64,000 nt of DNA from Reclinomonas americana ATCC 50394 (Eukaryota), in assembly GCA_048213135.1 (NCBI GenBank), contig PS015009.1:868001-932000 (forward strand), read 5' to 3'. The notes under the pieces were generated by a model. That model ran no database searches. It saw only the letters and a list, made by a program, of their open reading frames with translations, and had not been told where the DNA came from. The position numbers and the translations under genes are program-made. Every line of letters begins with the position of its first letter. Positions within the stretch are counted from its first letter, which is position 1. Of this stretch, positions 40,006-50,993 are shown piece by piece.

Positions 40006-40025
40006 CCCTACTAAAAAACGCTCTC

Positions 40026-41213
40026 ATGAACCAAACATTCGTCAACCGTATTGCTTCAGAACTCAAAGAAATAGAGGAAGCCGGTTTATATAAAAAAGAA
40101 AGGGTGATCACCAGTGAACAAGGCGCCGAGATCATTGTGAACGGCACCATGGTGCTCAACTTCTGCGCCAACAATTACCTGGGTCTTTCCTCGCACCCCA
40201 AAGTACTGGAAGCCGCTAAAAAATACATCGACCACCGCGGTTATGGCATGAGCAGTGTACGTTTCATCTGCGGTACGCAGGACATACATAAAGAACTTGA
40301 ACAGAAGATCGCCACCTTCCTGGGAACGGAAGACACCATATTATATGCCGCGGCCTTTGATGCCAACGGCGGTGTTTTTGAACCGCTCTTTAATGAGCAG
40401 GATGCCATCATCAGCGACGCGCTGAACCATGCTTCCATCATCGATGGTGTTCGTTTGTGCAAAGCGCAGCGCTACCGTTATGAACACAACAACATGGAGG
40501 ACCTGGAAGCCAAACTGAAAGAAAGCGCTCACCTGCGCAGCCGCATTATTGTTACCGACGGCAGTTTCAGTATGGACGGGACTATTGCACAACTAGATAA
40601 AATTTGCGACCTGGCCGATCAATACGACGCCATAGTTATGATTGACGAATGCCATTCCTCCGGTTTCCTGGGCGCTACCGGCAGGGGTACGCATGAATAC
40701 CGGGGTGTGATGGGCCGTATCGACATCATCACCGGCACACTGGGCAAGGCCCTTGGCGGCGCCAGCGGCGGATTTACCAGCGGTAAAAAAGAGATCATTG
40801 ACATGTTGCGCCAGCGCAGCCGTCCCTACCTGTTCAGCAATACCGTAGCCCCCAGTATTGTGGGCGCTTCCATTGCTGTGCTGGATATGCTGAGCGAGAC
40901 TACCGAACTGCGTGACCGGCTGGAACAGAATACAAAATATTTCCGCAGCAAAATGACCGAAGCGGGATTCGATATCAAACCCGGCGATCACCCTATTGTT
41001 CCTATCATGCTGTATGATGCTGTAATGGCGCAGAACTTCGCCGCCCGGCTTTTAGAAGAAGGCATTTATGTTATTGGTTTCTTCTTCCCGGTAGTAGCCA
41101 AAGGACAGGCCCGCATACGTGTACAACTGAGCGCTGCGCACGAACAACGCCACCTCGACAAAGCCATCGAAGCCTTCACCAAGGTTGGCAAAGAACTCGG
41201 CGTACTGAAGTAA
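40026..41213 (+). CDS. kbl: Glycine C-acetyltransferase
   Basis: [51 protein letters not shown]. Confidence 0.97.
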   Translation: MNQTFVNRIASELKEIEEAGLYKKERVITSEQGAEIIVNGTMVLNFCANNYLGLSSHPKVLEAAKKYIDHRGYGMSSVRFICGTQDIHKELEQKIATFLGTEDTILYAAAFDANGGVFEPLFNEQDAIISDALNHASIIDGVRLCKAQRYRYEHNNMEDLEAKLKESAHLRSRIIVTDGSFSMDGTIAQLDKICDLADQYDAIVMIDECHSSGFLGATGRGTHEYRGVMGRIDIITGTLGKALGGASGGFTSGKKEIIDMLRQRSRPYLFSNTVAPSIVGASIAVLDMLSETTELRDRLEQNTKYFRSKMTEAGFDIKPGDHPIVPIMLYDAVMAQNFAARLLEEGIYVIGFFFPVVAKGQARIRVQLSAAHEQRHLDKAIEAFTKVGKELGVLK

Positions 41214-41316
41214 TCATATCTGATTAAAAAATAACAATGCCTTTGGCCGCATACTTTCCGCTACCGGGAAAACACCATGCAGTCAAAGGCATTCGTAATT
41301 AGTAATTACCAATTAA

Positions 41317-41988
41317 CTACCGTATTTCTTTCAACTCAATCACCCACCCCAAATCCATTTTTAAAATAAGCGGGTTACTGGAGATGCCGTTTATCCAGAG
41401 TGTTTTATCACCAGTGCCGTCGGCCTTGTTATTGATAATAAACGCGTCGATCTTCATCTCTTTTCCTTTAACTTTTATTACAGGGGTTACTTCGTCTTTA
41501 TCGGGACGGTAAAAGGTTTCCGGTGCGCCGTCATCCATTGTCATCGTTGTTTTCTTTTTCGGCATATCACTGAAGTTGTCGTAACACATCCATACCGTGG
41601 TAGCATTGGTGAGTTTGAGTTCGCCGCCTGAAAAGTAGTTGCTGTATTTTTTCGAGCTGCTCATGGCTTTGGGGCTGATGGTCACGTGGCCTTCTTTATC
41701 AGCCGGAGATGTCATGGTATAGTTAAAGTCTATACCGTTCTTTCCATAGCTGTTGAGGGTTACAATAAAATCGTATTCCCGTCCGCCGGCATTGACATGG
41801 TACACGAGCTGGTCTCCTTTTTTCAGGTCGAAGAATGAAGACTCCCCGTTATCCTGTTTGATCTCCAGGGGCAGGTTGAGCGGCGCTTCGGGGGCCGGCG
41901 CTTTCACCGGGCGTTTTTTGGCGGAGGGCTGGGCGGTAAGGGTTGCCGACATAACGAGGAACGCCGCAACCAGGTATAGCATTTTCAT
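41317..41988 (-). CDS. Hypothetical exported protein
   Basis: Signal peptide, Pro-rich linker, beta-rich domain. Confidence 0.7.
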   Translation of the reverse strand: MKMLYLVAAFLVMSATLTAQPSAKKRPVKAPAPEAPLNLPLEIKQDNGESSFFDLKKGDQLVYHVNAGGREYDFIVTLNSYGKNGIDFNYTMTSPADKEGHVTISPKAMSSSKKYSNYFSGGELKLTNATTVWMCYDNFSDMPKKKTTMTMDDGAPETFYRPDKDEVTPVIKVKGKEMKIDAFIINNKADGTGDKTLWINGISSNPLILKMDLGWVIELKEIR

Positions 41989-42134
41989 GATGTTCTGTTG
42001 AAATGAATAATGAGCTAAGAAAGACTTTTGATAAGGGCGGTTCAATACCCTGTGGCGGGTATTTATTTTTTTACCGCGAAGAATGAAGAAACGCTAAGGC
42101 TTCGCAAAGGATTTTATATGTCTATCTTTATACT

Positions 42135-42656
42135 ATGCGGATACTATTTATCGTCTTTTTATGCGCCTGCTGTTTGTTTACCAAGGCACAGCAACCCGTT
42201 TTCCCGGCCTCTTTTACGGGCAAATGGAAAGGCAAACTGCAGTGGGCGGTGGCGGGCAAACCCACCCGTGAATTCTCTATGCAATTGAATATACTGCCCG
42301 CCGATACAGCGGGACAATACTCCTGGCAGATCATTTACGGCGATGATAATAAAGACAACCGTCCTTACCTGCTCAAGCCCGCCGACAGCAGCAGCAACCA
42401 TTGGGTAATAGATGAACGCGACGGCATTATACTCGACAGTTATGTGCATGGCAATTGCCTGCAGGGCGCTTTCACCGTTAACCAGAACACCATCATCGAC
42501 AATTACTGTATAGAGAATGGCCGCATGCGGGTGGAGTTCTTTACCGTTAAACTGGGCGATAAAAAACAAAGCGGTAAAGGAACTGAAGACGTACCTTTTG
42601 TACACAGTTACCGCATAGGCGGTTATCAATGGGGTATTCTTGAAAAGGTAAACTAA
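42135..42656 (+). CDS. Hypothetical exported protein
   Basis: Signal peptide; FTGKWKGKL, RPYLL, DERDGIILD. Confidence 0.75.
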   Translation: MRILFIVFLCACCLFTKAQQPVFPASFTGKWKGKLQWAVAGKPTREFSMQLNILPADTAGQYSWQIIYGDDNKDNRPYLLKPADSSSNHWVIDERDGIILDSYVHGNCLQGAFTVNQNTIIDNYCIENGRMRVEFFTVKLGDKKQSGKGTEDVPFVHSYRIGGYQWGILEKVN

Positions 42657-42772
42657 CACGGCGGGGAAACGCTTCCCCGGCTCTAAGTGCCGCTGCTATT
42701 ATATTTCCCGGTGGAACAGGATTTGCTTATCTTAGTCTGGCCTCACAGCCCTTTACACTTAAACCTGGTCAG

Positions 42773-43273
42773 ATGAAAAATATTCTTTTCCTGTGCATGT
42801 CGCTTTGTTTTACTACCACCGCTTTTTCGCAGCAGGCTACAGGTAAATATGCCGGCACTTACGAATTCCGTTTCCCGGGAACGAACCTCTCCCATTACAT
42901 CATCATTAAAAATAACGGCGGCCAGCTTACCGGCAAATACCTCGGTTGTGAAGCAGGCAATGACACCCTTTACTATTCCGCTTCCATGAAGAGCCTGGAG
43001 ATCGGCAATGATGGCAAGATCGCTTTCAAACTGAAGAGCTTTCGTCTTTCACCAACCGCATTGCGGCCAGGCCATGAGGAACTGACTCCCGAGGGACAGG
43101 ATGACATCAGGAAAAAGATCATGGAATCAGGCAAAGCCAATACAGCGCTGTTCATTACCGGCGGCTATTCTTTCTCCGGCACTATCGGCAAAAAAAATAT
43201 GCAGCTCCGGCGTGTTGCCGACCAGTATGATAATGCCGCTGACCAGATGAAGTTCACCCGCATCGCCAATTAA
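42773..43273 (+). CDS. Hypothetical exported protein
   Basis: Signal peptide ending AFSQ; 166 aa. Confidence 0.7.
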   Translation: MKNILFLCMSLCFTTTAFSQQATGKYAGTYEFRFPGTNLSHYIIIKNNGGQLTGKYLGCEAGNDTLYYSASMKSLEIGNDGKIAFKLKSFRLSPTALRPGHEELTPEGQDDIRKKIMESGKANTALFITGGYSFSGTIGKKNMQLRRVADQYDNAADQMKFTRIAN

Positions 43274-43286
43274 TGTATCATCAGCA

Positions 43287-43619
43287 ATGGTGTCCGTTAC
43301 AACCGCCCGCCAGATCGCCCTTTCCTTCCCGGGTACGGAAGAAAACCCTCATTTCGACAGGGCCGCGTTCAAAGTAACCGGTAAAAGAATATTCGCCACG
43401 ATGCATGAGACGAACAAGACCATTAATGTTATGCTCACCCCTGCCGACCAGGCGGAGTTCTGCCAGCTGGATGCCACGGCCATCTATCCCGTTCCCAATA
43501 AATGGGGTTTGCACGGCTGGACCATTTTTGATCTGACAAAAGTTGATGCAGACGTACTCTCCGCCGCATTGCATACAGCCTGCATGCTGGTTATGGAACA
43601 GAAAAAGAAGAAAAGGTAA
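43287..43619 (+). CDS. MmcQ/YjbR family DNA-binding protein
   Basis: ALSFPGTEENPHF..AFKV.GKRIFAT, NKWGLHGWT. Confidence 0.9.
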   Translation: MVSVTTARQIALSFPGTEENPHFDRAAFKVTGKRIFATMHETNKTINVMLTPADQAEFCQLDATAIYPVPNKWGLHGWTIFDLTKVDADVLSAALHTACMLVMEQKKKKR

Positions 43620-43785
43620 GCGCCCGTTACCTCAATCAAAAACAGGAAAAAGATCAAACAGTAATCTCAGCAGTTTTTCCGCCACAGCAAAAAATGGCTA
43701 TCATGATCGGGACGTATTGCAGCCGTATTATCTAAATTAAGGAAAAGAAGTTGCTATCCCCGACCGCGGATGGTAACTTTAACCT

Positions 43786-44238
43786 ATGGGATTTTTTAAC
43801 CTGTTTAAGAAAGCGACGATCATTAATGACGGATTCTTTGGGCCATTGCGTTATTGGCGATCAAAATCAGGCATTTCATATTTTTCAGGATCCGTTTACT
43901 TTTCTCCGACAGGTAAGAAAGCGGATATTATTGTAGAAGCCGATGCAGAACAGCCAACGGGGGAACAACATCAATTTTACAGGGAACTGGAAAGCAATTT
44001 TCCCAAGTATGCCGAAAAAATAACACCGCTGATTGAAGAAGAGTTTCGCAACTGGAAAGAAGATTTTGAGATCAGGGATTTCGTCAGCGAATTCGAATTG
44101 TCATGCCTGACCATTCCACGGCTCAATAACACTCCTTTTCGCTGGGACATTTCTTTCACAACCATCCATGACAAGAACCACCTCTTCACGATCAGCTTCG
44201 TCAATTATGAACCGGAACATGTACACATTGATGGCTGA
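43786..44238 (+). CDS. Hypothetical protein
   Basis: 150-aa ORF starting MGFFNLFKK and ending IDG. Confidence 0.7.
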   Translation: MGFFNLFKKATIINDGFFGPLRYWRSKSGISYFSGSVYFSPTGKKADIIVEADAEQPTGEQHQFYRELESNFPKYAEKITPLIEEEFRNWKEDFEIRDFVSEFELSCLTIPRLNNTPFRWDISFTTIHDKNHLFTISFVNYEPEHVHIDG

Positions 44239-44257
44239 TTGTATACGGCCGCTCTTG

Positions 44258-44656
44258 CTACTCCTTTCTCCCGATCATAAACGCCCTGTTCTCCTTACTG
44301 AAGCCAACCCTGGGATAATACTCCATAGCCGTTGGCACCGACAATAACAATATCATCGATTGTTCACCCAGCTTTTCCTGCGTCAGTTCAATGAGCCGAC
44401 GGCCGATGCCTGATTTATGTAGTGTGGGATCAACGGCGAGGTCGGCCAGATAAGTACTCCAGGCCCAGTCGGTAATGCAGCGGCTGACACCCACCAGTTG
44501 TTCACCCGCCCATGCGGTAACGATCAGGTTGGAATGCGCATACATTTTCGCGATCCGTTCTTTATCATGCGTAGGACGTGGTAAACCGGCCTTGTCATAT
44601 AATTCGCAAACCTGTTCCGCGGTGGGAGTAATGTCGTATTTGTAGATGATGTCCAT
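44258..44656 (-). CDS. GNAT family acetyltransferase
   Basis: YLADLAVDP..HKSGIGRRL, YYPRVGF. Confidence 0.92.
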   Translation of the reverse strand: MDIIYKYDITPTAEQVCELYDKAGLPRPTHDKERIAKMYAHSNLIVTAWAGEQLVGVSRCITDWAWSTYLADLAVDPTLHKSGIGRRLIELTQEKLGEQSMILLLSVPTAMEYYPRVGFSKENRAFMIGRKE

Positions 44657-44686
44657 AAAGAAGCCCGTCCTGCCAGGTTAATTTGA

Positions 44687-44890
44687 TCAGCTGTGTTTTT
44701 CCTGGTTGATATCCAGCAACCTTTTCATCAGTTCATCCTTTTCGAAACTAACCCTTTCCAGTTCAGATTTGGTGTGCTTGTATTTTGTGTAATACATAAT
44801 AGCAATGGCGGGAACGGCGATAAACGAGCCGAATACAATAAAGATCAGTATCCATTCCGATCCCCCGGGCATAGAAAGCAGTAATGTCAT
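44687..44890 (-). CDS. Small membrane protein
   Basis: MPGGSEWILI TM segment followed by a short coiled coil. Confidence 0.6.
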   Translation of the reverse strand: MTLLLSMPGGSEWILIFIVFGSFIAVPAIAIMYYTKYKHTKSELERVSFEKDELMKRLLDINQEKHS

Positions 44891-45018
44891 AACTTTTGGA
44901 TTTGATACAGGATGGTCAAGATAATCATTTTATCGCTGCCATGTTCCCCTGAAATGGCTTTGGGGCTTTGATTTTAATGAATTTTTCTTAACATTTGTCC
45001 CGACAAACGCCAACCGGC

Positions 45019-45519
45019 ATGAAAAATAACCAACAGGAAATAGAAGCCATCCTCAAAAAACTGACCGAGCACGGCTATGACGGCCTGGATGCTCATGAAA
45101 AACAGTTGCTTTTCCGCAAACAGTTCAGTGATGCCCACAGTACGCGGTACGATACCCCTTTTGAACTGGGCCTCACCCTTATTGTTACTTTTTTTCTCGC
45201 TGTACATGGCCTGCAGCGGATGGTACTGGCCACGGAGCTGCCGGTCTACCTGAAGCTGGGGTCTTTTGCACAGGGCAATGTTTTCAGCAAGTGGTTCAAC
45301 ATGGGACTGGGTGCCTTTTGTTTGTTGTTCTTCGGACTTTTGTTTGTTCTGAACATCAAAGACTGGAGCAAGGGGAAAGTCTATTTTACCCATCACGGGC
45401 CGGGCAATAAGAACATCCTGAAATATATTGGCAGGTTGTCGTTCATCATTATCATTATTGTCTGGATCGGCATAAAGATCATTTCCTGCTGGCCGGCATT
45501 TATGGAGGCATTGTCCTGA
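45019..45519 (+). CDS. Hypothetical membrane protein
   Basis: Three hydrophobic segments. Confidence 0.6.
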   Translation: MKNNQQEIEAILKKLTEHGYDGLDAHEKQLLFRKQFSDAHSTRYDTPFELGLTLIVTFFLAVHGLQRMVLATELPVYLKLGSFAQGNVFSKWFNMGLGAFCLLFFGLLFVLNIKDWSKGKVYFTHHGPGNKNILKYIGRLSFIIIIIVWIGIKIISCWPAFMEALS

Positions 45520-45654
45520 TTACCCGCCGTCCTTTTTACTACGCGGTATTCCCTTTAAACTACGCTAATTGATTTACATTTGTACAACCGGCAGAAACAG
45601 GTATGGACAAGCTGTTACCCAAGCTGAACCGTGATAAAAGGCCGGGACAAAGAA

Positions 45655-47028
45655 ATGACCGATACATCCAAAACATTCATAGCCAAAAGCACCATAAAAG
45701 CGGCCGACCTCGAACACCGCCGCACCATCAATTTCAATATAGGACGTTACAACGCGGTAGTGCCCAAAGGCAAAGAGCAGTTCAGCAACGTGCACCTGGC
45801 CAGGGAAAGGGCGAAGAATGTGAAATGGCGGGCCATTGAAACCCTCGACCAGCAACTGGAAGAATTTGAACTGCAGTTCACCAAACGCGGCGGAAAAGTG
45901 ATCTGGGCCGAAAACACCGACCAGGCCATAGCCGCCATACTCGATATCTGCAAAGAAAAGAATTGCAAAACACTGGTGAAAAGCAAGAGCATGGTAACGG
46001 AAGAGATTCACCTCAACCATGCGCTGGAACAGAATGGCATTGAAAGCATCGAAACCGACCTGGGCGAATATATCCAGCAACTGGATGAGGAGCCTCCCTA
46101 TCATATCGTTACCCCGGCCATGCATAAAAGCAAGGAAGACGTGGCTAAACTCTTCCACGAAAAACTGGGAACGCCGCTGCAATACACCCCTGAACAACTC
46201 ACGTTGAAAGCACGTGAAGTACTGCGTGAAAAATATGTACAGGCGGAAGTAGGTGTTACCGGCGCCAACTTTCTCATCAGCGATATCGGCGGTATTGCCG
46301 TAACCGAAAATGAAGGCAATGCCCGGCTGAGTTGTGCTTTTCCTAAAACACATATCGCGATTGTGGGTATAGAAAAGATGCTGCCGTCCGTAACCGACCT
46401 GGGCCTGTTCTGGCCGCTGCTCTCTACATTTGGTACCGGGCAAAAAATTACGGTGTACAACAGCATCATCACCGGGCCCCGCCAGGAACATGAAACCGAC
46501 GGACCTGAAGAGATGTACGTGATACTGCTGGATAACGGCCGTACCAATATCCTGCAAAATCCCAAACAAAGGGAAAGCCTTTACTGCATCCGTTGTGGCG
46601 CCTGCCTGAACGCCTGCCCCGTTTATAAAAATATCGGCGGTCACGCTTATGGCACTACCTACAGCGGACCTATTGGCAGTGTGATCACACCGCACCTGCA
46701 GGGCATGGAGGATTTCAAACACCTGAGTTACGCTTCATCGCTTTGCGGTAACTGCACAGAGGTATGCGCCGTTAAGATCAACCTGCACGAATTGTTGCTG
46801 GAGAACAGGAAAGAGTCTGTTGAAGAAGGTCACTCCGGTTTCAGCGAACGCATGGCCTGGAAAGTATGGCGCATGGCCAGTCTCAAAAGAAGTATGATGA
46901 ATATGGGAGGCGGTAACCTCAAAAATAAAGTGGTAAACGGGTTGTTTAAAGGATGGAAACAACGCAGAAGCGACCTGCAGTTCAGCTCAAAAACTTTCAA
47001 CCAGCTCTGGAAAGAGCGCTACAAATAA
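45655..47028 (+). CDS. lutB: LutB/LldF lactate utilization Fe-S protein
   Basis: KSKSMVTEEI, ETDLGEYI, CIRCGACLNACPVY, SSLCGNCTEVC. Confidence 0.93.
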   Translation: MTDTSKTFIAKSTIKAADLEHRRTINFNIGRYNAVVPKGKEQFSNVHLARERAKNVKWRAIETLDQQLEEFELQFTKRGGKVIWAENTDQAIAAILDICKEKNCKTLVKSKSMVTEEIHLNHALEQNGIESIETDLGEYIQQLDEEPPYHIVTPAMHKSKEDVAKLFHEKLGTPLQYTPEQLTLKAREVLREKYVQAEVGVTGANFLISDIGGIAVTENEGNARLSCAFPKTHIAIVGIEKMLPSVTDLGLFWPLLSTFGTGQKITVYNSIITGPRQEHETDGPEEMYVILLDNGRTNILQNPKQRESLYCIRCGACLNACPVYKNIGGHAYGTTYSGPIGSVITPHLQGMEDFKHLSYASSLCGNCTEVCAVKINLHELLLENRKESVEEGHSGFSERMAWKVWRMASLKRSMMNMGGGNLKNKVVNGLFKGWKQRRSDLQFSSKTFNQLWKERYK

Positions 47029-47048
47029 AACGTATCTTCCATCCCGGG

Positions 47049-48329
47049 ATGATATGCCTTTATTCACATACCACGTCGCCAAGGCTGCAATACATTTGCA
47101 ATTTTATTTTTGGTGAACTGATGGGTGTTGCATTTGAAATATCCATCGACAGCGAGTATTGCCGGCAATTGTCAACCCCGGTGATTAACTACAGCGATGC
47201 AACTATCGACGGAAGTTTTCACCTGCCCAATCATTCTCTTTTATTTGAACAAGATATTCACCAGCAGGATACCACCTGTTTTATTTCAGATGGCTGCCCG
47301 GTTTTTTTTAAAACAGGTGGCGACTTTTCCTTCGATATACTGGCCGCTTCTTTCTTTCTCATCAGCCGGTATGAAGAATACCTGCCGCATGAAAAAGATG
47401 AATATGGAAGATATGCACATCCTGCGTCGCTGGCTTATAAAGAGCAGTTCCTGCACCTGCCACTGGTGAACATATGGGTACAGCATTTTACAAAGGCATT
47501 GCAAAAAAAATACCCTTCCTTTCAACCTGCATTTCCTTCCTTTCGTTTTCTTCCTACCTATGATATCGACATCGCTTTTTCGTACCGCCACAAAGGATGG
47601 CTGCGGAACACCGGAGGTTTTTTGCGGTCGCCTTCACTGAACAGGTTGCAGGTATTGGTTGGCAGCAAAGCGGATCCTTTTGACAGCTATGACTTTTTAG
47701 ATGAACTGCACCAGCGGAATATGTTACAGCCGCTTTACTTTTTTCTCGTTGCAGAACAAAATGGCCGTTACGATAAAAATATACTGCCGCATAAAGAAGT
47801 AATGTGGAAGCTGGTAAAAAGACATGCCCGCAAATATGGCATTGGCCTGCATCCCGGCTGGCAAAGCGGCGATAAACCGCAGTTGCTGCAACAGGAAAAA
47901 GAAATGCTGGAGTCGATGGTGGAAAAGGAGATCACCCGTTCCCGTCAGCATTACATCCGCCTTACCCTGCCTGTTACTTACCGGCAGCTGATCAGCGAAG
48001 GCATAACGGAGGAGTACAGTATGGGTTATGGCAGCATCAATGGTTTCAGGGCTTCGGTGGCGTCACCTTTTTATTGGTACGACCTCGAAAAAGAGGAAGC
48101 TACCGGCCTCCGCGTTTATCCTTTCTGCTTTATGGATGCCAATGCCTATTATGAAGAAAAACTTTCCCCTGCAAAAGCATTGGAAGAAATACTGCATTAC
48201 CTGCAGGTATGCCGGGAAGTGAACGGCACGTTTATTACTTTATGGCACAATAATTTTTTGGGTACCGATCCGGTATTTGCCGGGTGGAAAGAAGTATACG
48301 AACAATTTATTGCTCAGGTTCAGCAATGA
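47049..48329 (+). CDS. Polysaccharide deacetylase-like protein (DUF7033-type)
   Basis: SRYEEY, TYDID, GLHP, RQHY, GFRAS, LWHN. Confidence 0.85.
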   Translation: MICLYSHTTSPRLQYICNFIFGELMGVAFEISIDSEYCRQLSTPVINYSDATIDGSFHLPNHSLLFEQDIHQQDTTCFISDGCPVFFKTGGDFSFDILAASFFLISRYEEYLPHEKDEYGRYAHPASLAYKEQFLHLPLVNIWVQHFTKALQKKYPSFQPAFPSFRFLPTYDIDIAFSYRHKGWLRNTGGFLRSPSLNRLQVLVGSKADPFDSYDFLDELHQRNMLQPLYFFLVAEQNGRYDKNILPHKEVMWKLVKRHARKYGIGLHPGWQSGDKPQLLQQEKEMLESMVEKEITRSRQHYIRLTLPVTYRQLISEGITEEYSMGYGSINGFRASVASPFYWYDLEKEEATGLRVYPFCFMDANAYYEEKLSPAKALEEILHYLQVCREVNGTFITLWHNNFLGTDPVFAGWKEVYEQFIAQVQQ

Positions 48330-49236
48330 TCTTATCCCTGCTTTTTTTAATGCTGTAATTCACCAGGAACACACCTGACAGGGTAACAATGGCTCCCCAC
48401 AAAATATTCATGGTCAGCTTTTCATTGAGCAGTACAGCGGCCGTGATCATGGCCACCAGCGGGTTAATGTACGCGTACAGGGAGGATATGGCCGCCGGTA
48501 ATTTTTTCATGGAATAAATGAACGCTACAAAACTGAGTATCGACCCCAGCAACACCAGGTAGGCGATCACCAGCCACACTTTCCCGGAAATGCTCGCCAG
48601 AGACACCACAGGCTGCGTAAGGTATGCCGCGATGCAGAGCAGCAAAGCCCCGATCAGCATCTGCCATCCTGTGGCATAATAGGGATTCATGTTCATTTTA
48701 TTCCGGGCAACGAAAATAGTGCCCACACTCCAGGCCAGCATGGCGGTTACAGATAACACCACGCCAAAAACAAAACCTTTGGGATGATCGTGAAAGGCAT
48801 TCTCATAAAACACGATGCCAATGCCGGTTACGCCGAGTAATAATCCAACGAGGGTCAGCAGCGTCATGTTGCGGCTTTTGTAAAAAACCCTTTCAATGAT
48901 CACTACGCTTAACGGGTACAAGGCGCCTATCAAAGCGCTCATGCCTGTCGGGATGTAATTGAGACTCCAGGTGCTGAGCCCGTTGGCCATTACAAACATC
49001 AGTATGCCCATCATCAGCAACCAGCCGAATGCTTTCGCGGATGGCAGTTTCATTTTTTTATACCACATGAAAAAGATGACGAAGATGCTGCCGCCGAGGA
49101 ACTGGCGTATAGATGCCATCTGCAAAGCAGGCATTTCCTGTACGCCCACCTTACTGGCTACCCATGTGGTACCCCATACCAGGCTGGTGGTGGTAAGTGC
49201 AAGATAACCGCCTGCTTTTCCTTTGGGTAAAGGCAT
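48307..49236 (-). CDS. EamA/DMT family transporter
   Basis: VWGTTW, about ten TM helices, YAYINPLVA. Confidence 0.92.
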   Translation of the reverse strand: MPLPKGKAGGYLALTTTSLVWGTTWVASKVGVQEMPALQMASIRQFLGGSIFVIFFMWYKKMKLPSAKAFGWLLMMGILMFVMANGLSTWSLNYIPTGMSALIGALYPLSVVIIERVFYKSRNMTLLTLVGLLLGVTGIGIVFYENAFHDHPKGFVFGVVLSVTAMLAWSVGTIFVARNKMNMNPYYATGWQMLIGALLLCIAAYLTQPVVSLASISGKVWLVIAYLVLLGSILSFVAFIYSMKKLPAAISSLYAYINPLVAMITAAVLLNEKLTMNILWGAIVTLSGVFLVNYSIKKSRDKIIAEPEQ

Positions 49237-49243
49237 GTGGAAA

Positions 49244-49351
49244 TGAAGTTAAAAGTCAAAATTAAAAAGTAAAACTGCTGCGTAAGGTGCAAAACCAAGG
49301 TAAATATCAACCGCTGTACATTTTTGAATTTTTACTTTTGATTTTTGAATT
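49244..49351. repeat. Inverted pair of degenerate heptamer arrays (TTTTGAA-like)
   Basis: tgaagttaaaagtcaaaattaaaaagtaaaa versus tttttgaatttttacttttgatttttgaatt; a related array lies at 35992-36024. Confidence 0.65.
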
Positions 49352-49353
49352 TC

Positions 49354-50859
49354 TTAATGCTTAAAGTGCCTCAGCCCTGTGATCACCATGGCCAGGCCGT
49401 GGTCTTTACAAAAATCGATGGAGTCTTTATCCCTTATCGATCCGCCGGGTTGAATGAATGCTTCAATACCGGCGGCATGGGCGATCTTCACACAATCATC
49501 AAAAGGGAAAAACGCGTCACTGGCTAGTACAGCGCCTTTCAGATCGAATTGGAATTGCTTCGCTTTCTCAATCGACTGGCGCAGCGAATCGATACGTGAG
49601 GTTTGCCCGCAACCCTTACCCACCAGTTGTTTATCTTTTACCAGCGCAATGGCATTGCTCTTCAGGTGCTTGGCAATGATGTTGGCAAAAAGAAGATCCG
49701 CCTTTTCCGTTTCCGTACAATTCCTTCCGCCTTCTTCTTTCCAATCGGTAAAATTGCCGCTGTCGTTTTGCTGGGCCAGTACGCCGTTGAGTACGCTTTT
49801 ATACTGTTGTGTTGTTTCCAGTGCTGTTTTTTGCAACAGCAGGATGCGGTTCTTTTTTGTTTTCAGAATATCCAGCGCGTCGGCCTCAAAACCGGGAGCG
49901 ATCAGTACTTCAAAGAATATTTCGTTGATGGCTACGGCCGTTTGTTTGTCTACTTCAGCGTTGCATACCAGCACACCGCCAAATGCACTTTCCGGATCAC
50001 CTGCCAGCGCCGCGTCCCAGGCCGTTTTCAGATCGGGGCGGGAAGCAACACCGCACACGTTGGTATGTTTGATGATGCCGAATGTTGTTTCTTTAAATTC
50101 CGCGATCAGCTGAACGGCCGCGTCCACATCTACCAGGTTGTTGTACGACAATTCTTTTCCGTGCAGTTTATCGAACAACACATCGGTATTGCCATAGAAA
50201 ACGCCCTGCTGGTGAGGATTCTCCCCATAACGGAGCACGGCACGGCTGGCATCAAAGGGATGAGCGAAGGCGGTGCCGTTGAAATAATTGGAAATGGCGA
50301 TATCATACCCGGTACAAACGTCGAATGCTTTTATGGCAAATGCCCGGCGTTGCTCCAGGGTGGTTTCGCCCTGCTGTGTTTTCAGCAGTTCTTCCAGTTC
50401 GCTGTAATCTTTTTTGGCGGCGATCACCACCACATCTTTATGGTTCTTGGCGGCAGCCCTTATCATGGAAGGTCCGCCAATGTCAATCTTTTCAATAATC
50501 AGTTTCTCGTCGGTAGTTGATTTCACTGTTTCCTCGAACGGGTACAGGTCAACAATAACCAGGTCGATTTCGGGAATGCTGTACTCCTTCATTTCAGCTA
50601 CATCAGTGTCATTATCCCTTCTGCCGAGTATTCCGCCAAATACAGACGGGTGCAGCGTTTTTACCCTGCCTCCCAGGATAGAGGGATAAGTGGTGAGCGA
50701 CTCAACCGGCACACAGCTGATGCCCAGGTCTTCTATGAATTTTTGTGTACCACCTGTAGAATAAATGGTAATACCCAGCTGGTTCAGTTGCTGTACAATG
50801 GCGTCCAGCCCGTCTTTGTAGAATACAGAGATGAGCGCTGATTTGATTTTTTTTTGCAT
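49354..50859 (-). CDS. purH: Bifunctional AICAR transformylase/IMP cyclohydrolase
   Basis: STGGT, GGRVKTLHP, IDIGGPSMIRAAAKN, LRYGENPHQ, SDAFFPF, RHFKH. Confidence 0.98.
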   Translation of the reverse strand: MQKKIKSALISVFYKDGLDAIVQQLNQLGITIYSTGGTQKFIEDLGISCVPVESLTTYPSILGGRVKTLHPSVFGGILGRRDNDTDVAEMKEYSIPEIDLVIVDLYPFEETVKSTTDEKLIIEKIDIGGPSMIRAAAKNHKDVVVIAAKKDYSELEELLKTQQGETTLEQRRAFAIKAFDVCTGYDIAISNYFNGTAFAHPFDASRAVLRYGENPHQQGVFYGNTDVLFDKLHGKELSYNNLVDVDAAVQLIAEFKETTFGIIKHTNVCGVASRPDLKTAWDAALAGDPESAFGGVLVCNAEVDKQTAVAINEIFFEVLIAPGFEADALDILKTKKNRILLLQKTALETTQQYKSVLNGVLAQQNDSGNFTDWKEEGGRNCTETEKADLLFANIIAKHLKSNAIALVKDKQLVGKGCGQTSRIDSLRQSIEKAKQFQFDLKGAVLASDAFFPFDDCVKIAHAAGIEAFIQPGGSIRDKDSIDFCKDHGLAMVITGLRHFKH

Positions 50860-50993
50860 GATGATGGCGAAAGTTTGAAGGATATACCGGAAATGGACCA
50901 GGTTTCGCCGCAAATTTACACTATTTGCGCCAGCGGATCGCCCTTCATTTTCGTTGTTGTGTAAAAACAGCCGGTTTTGTGAAAAAGAAATGA

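Noticed and set aside
41317-45519. Cluster of small hypothetical genes as a prophage or defence island
   Set aside because: No integrase, phage or defence motifs were recognised; orientations are mixed and the families are ordinary (GNAT, YjbR).
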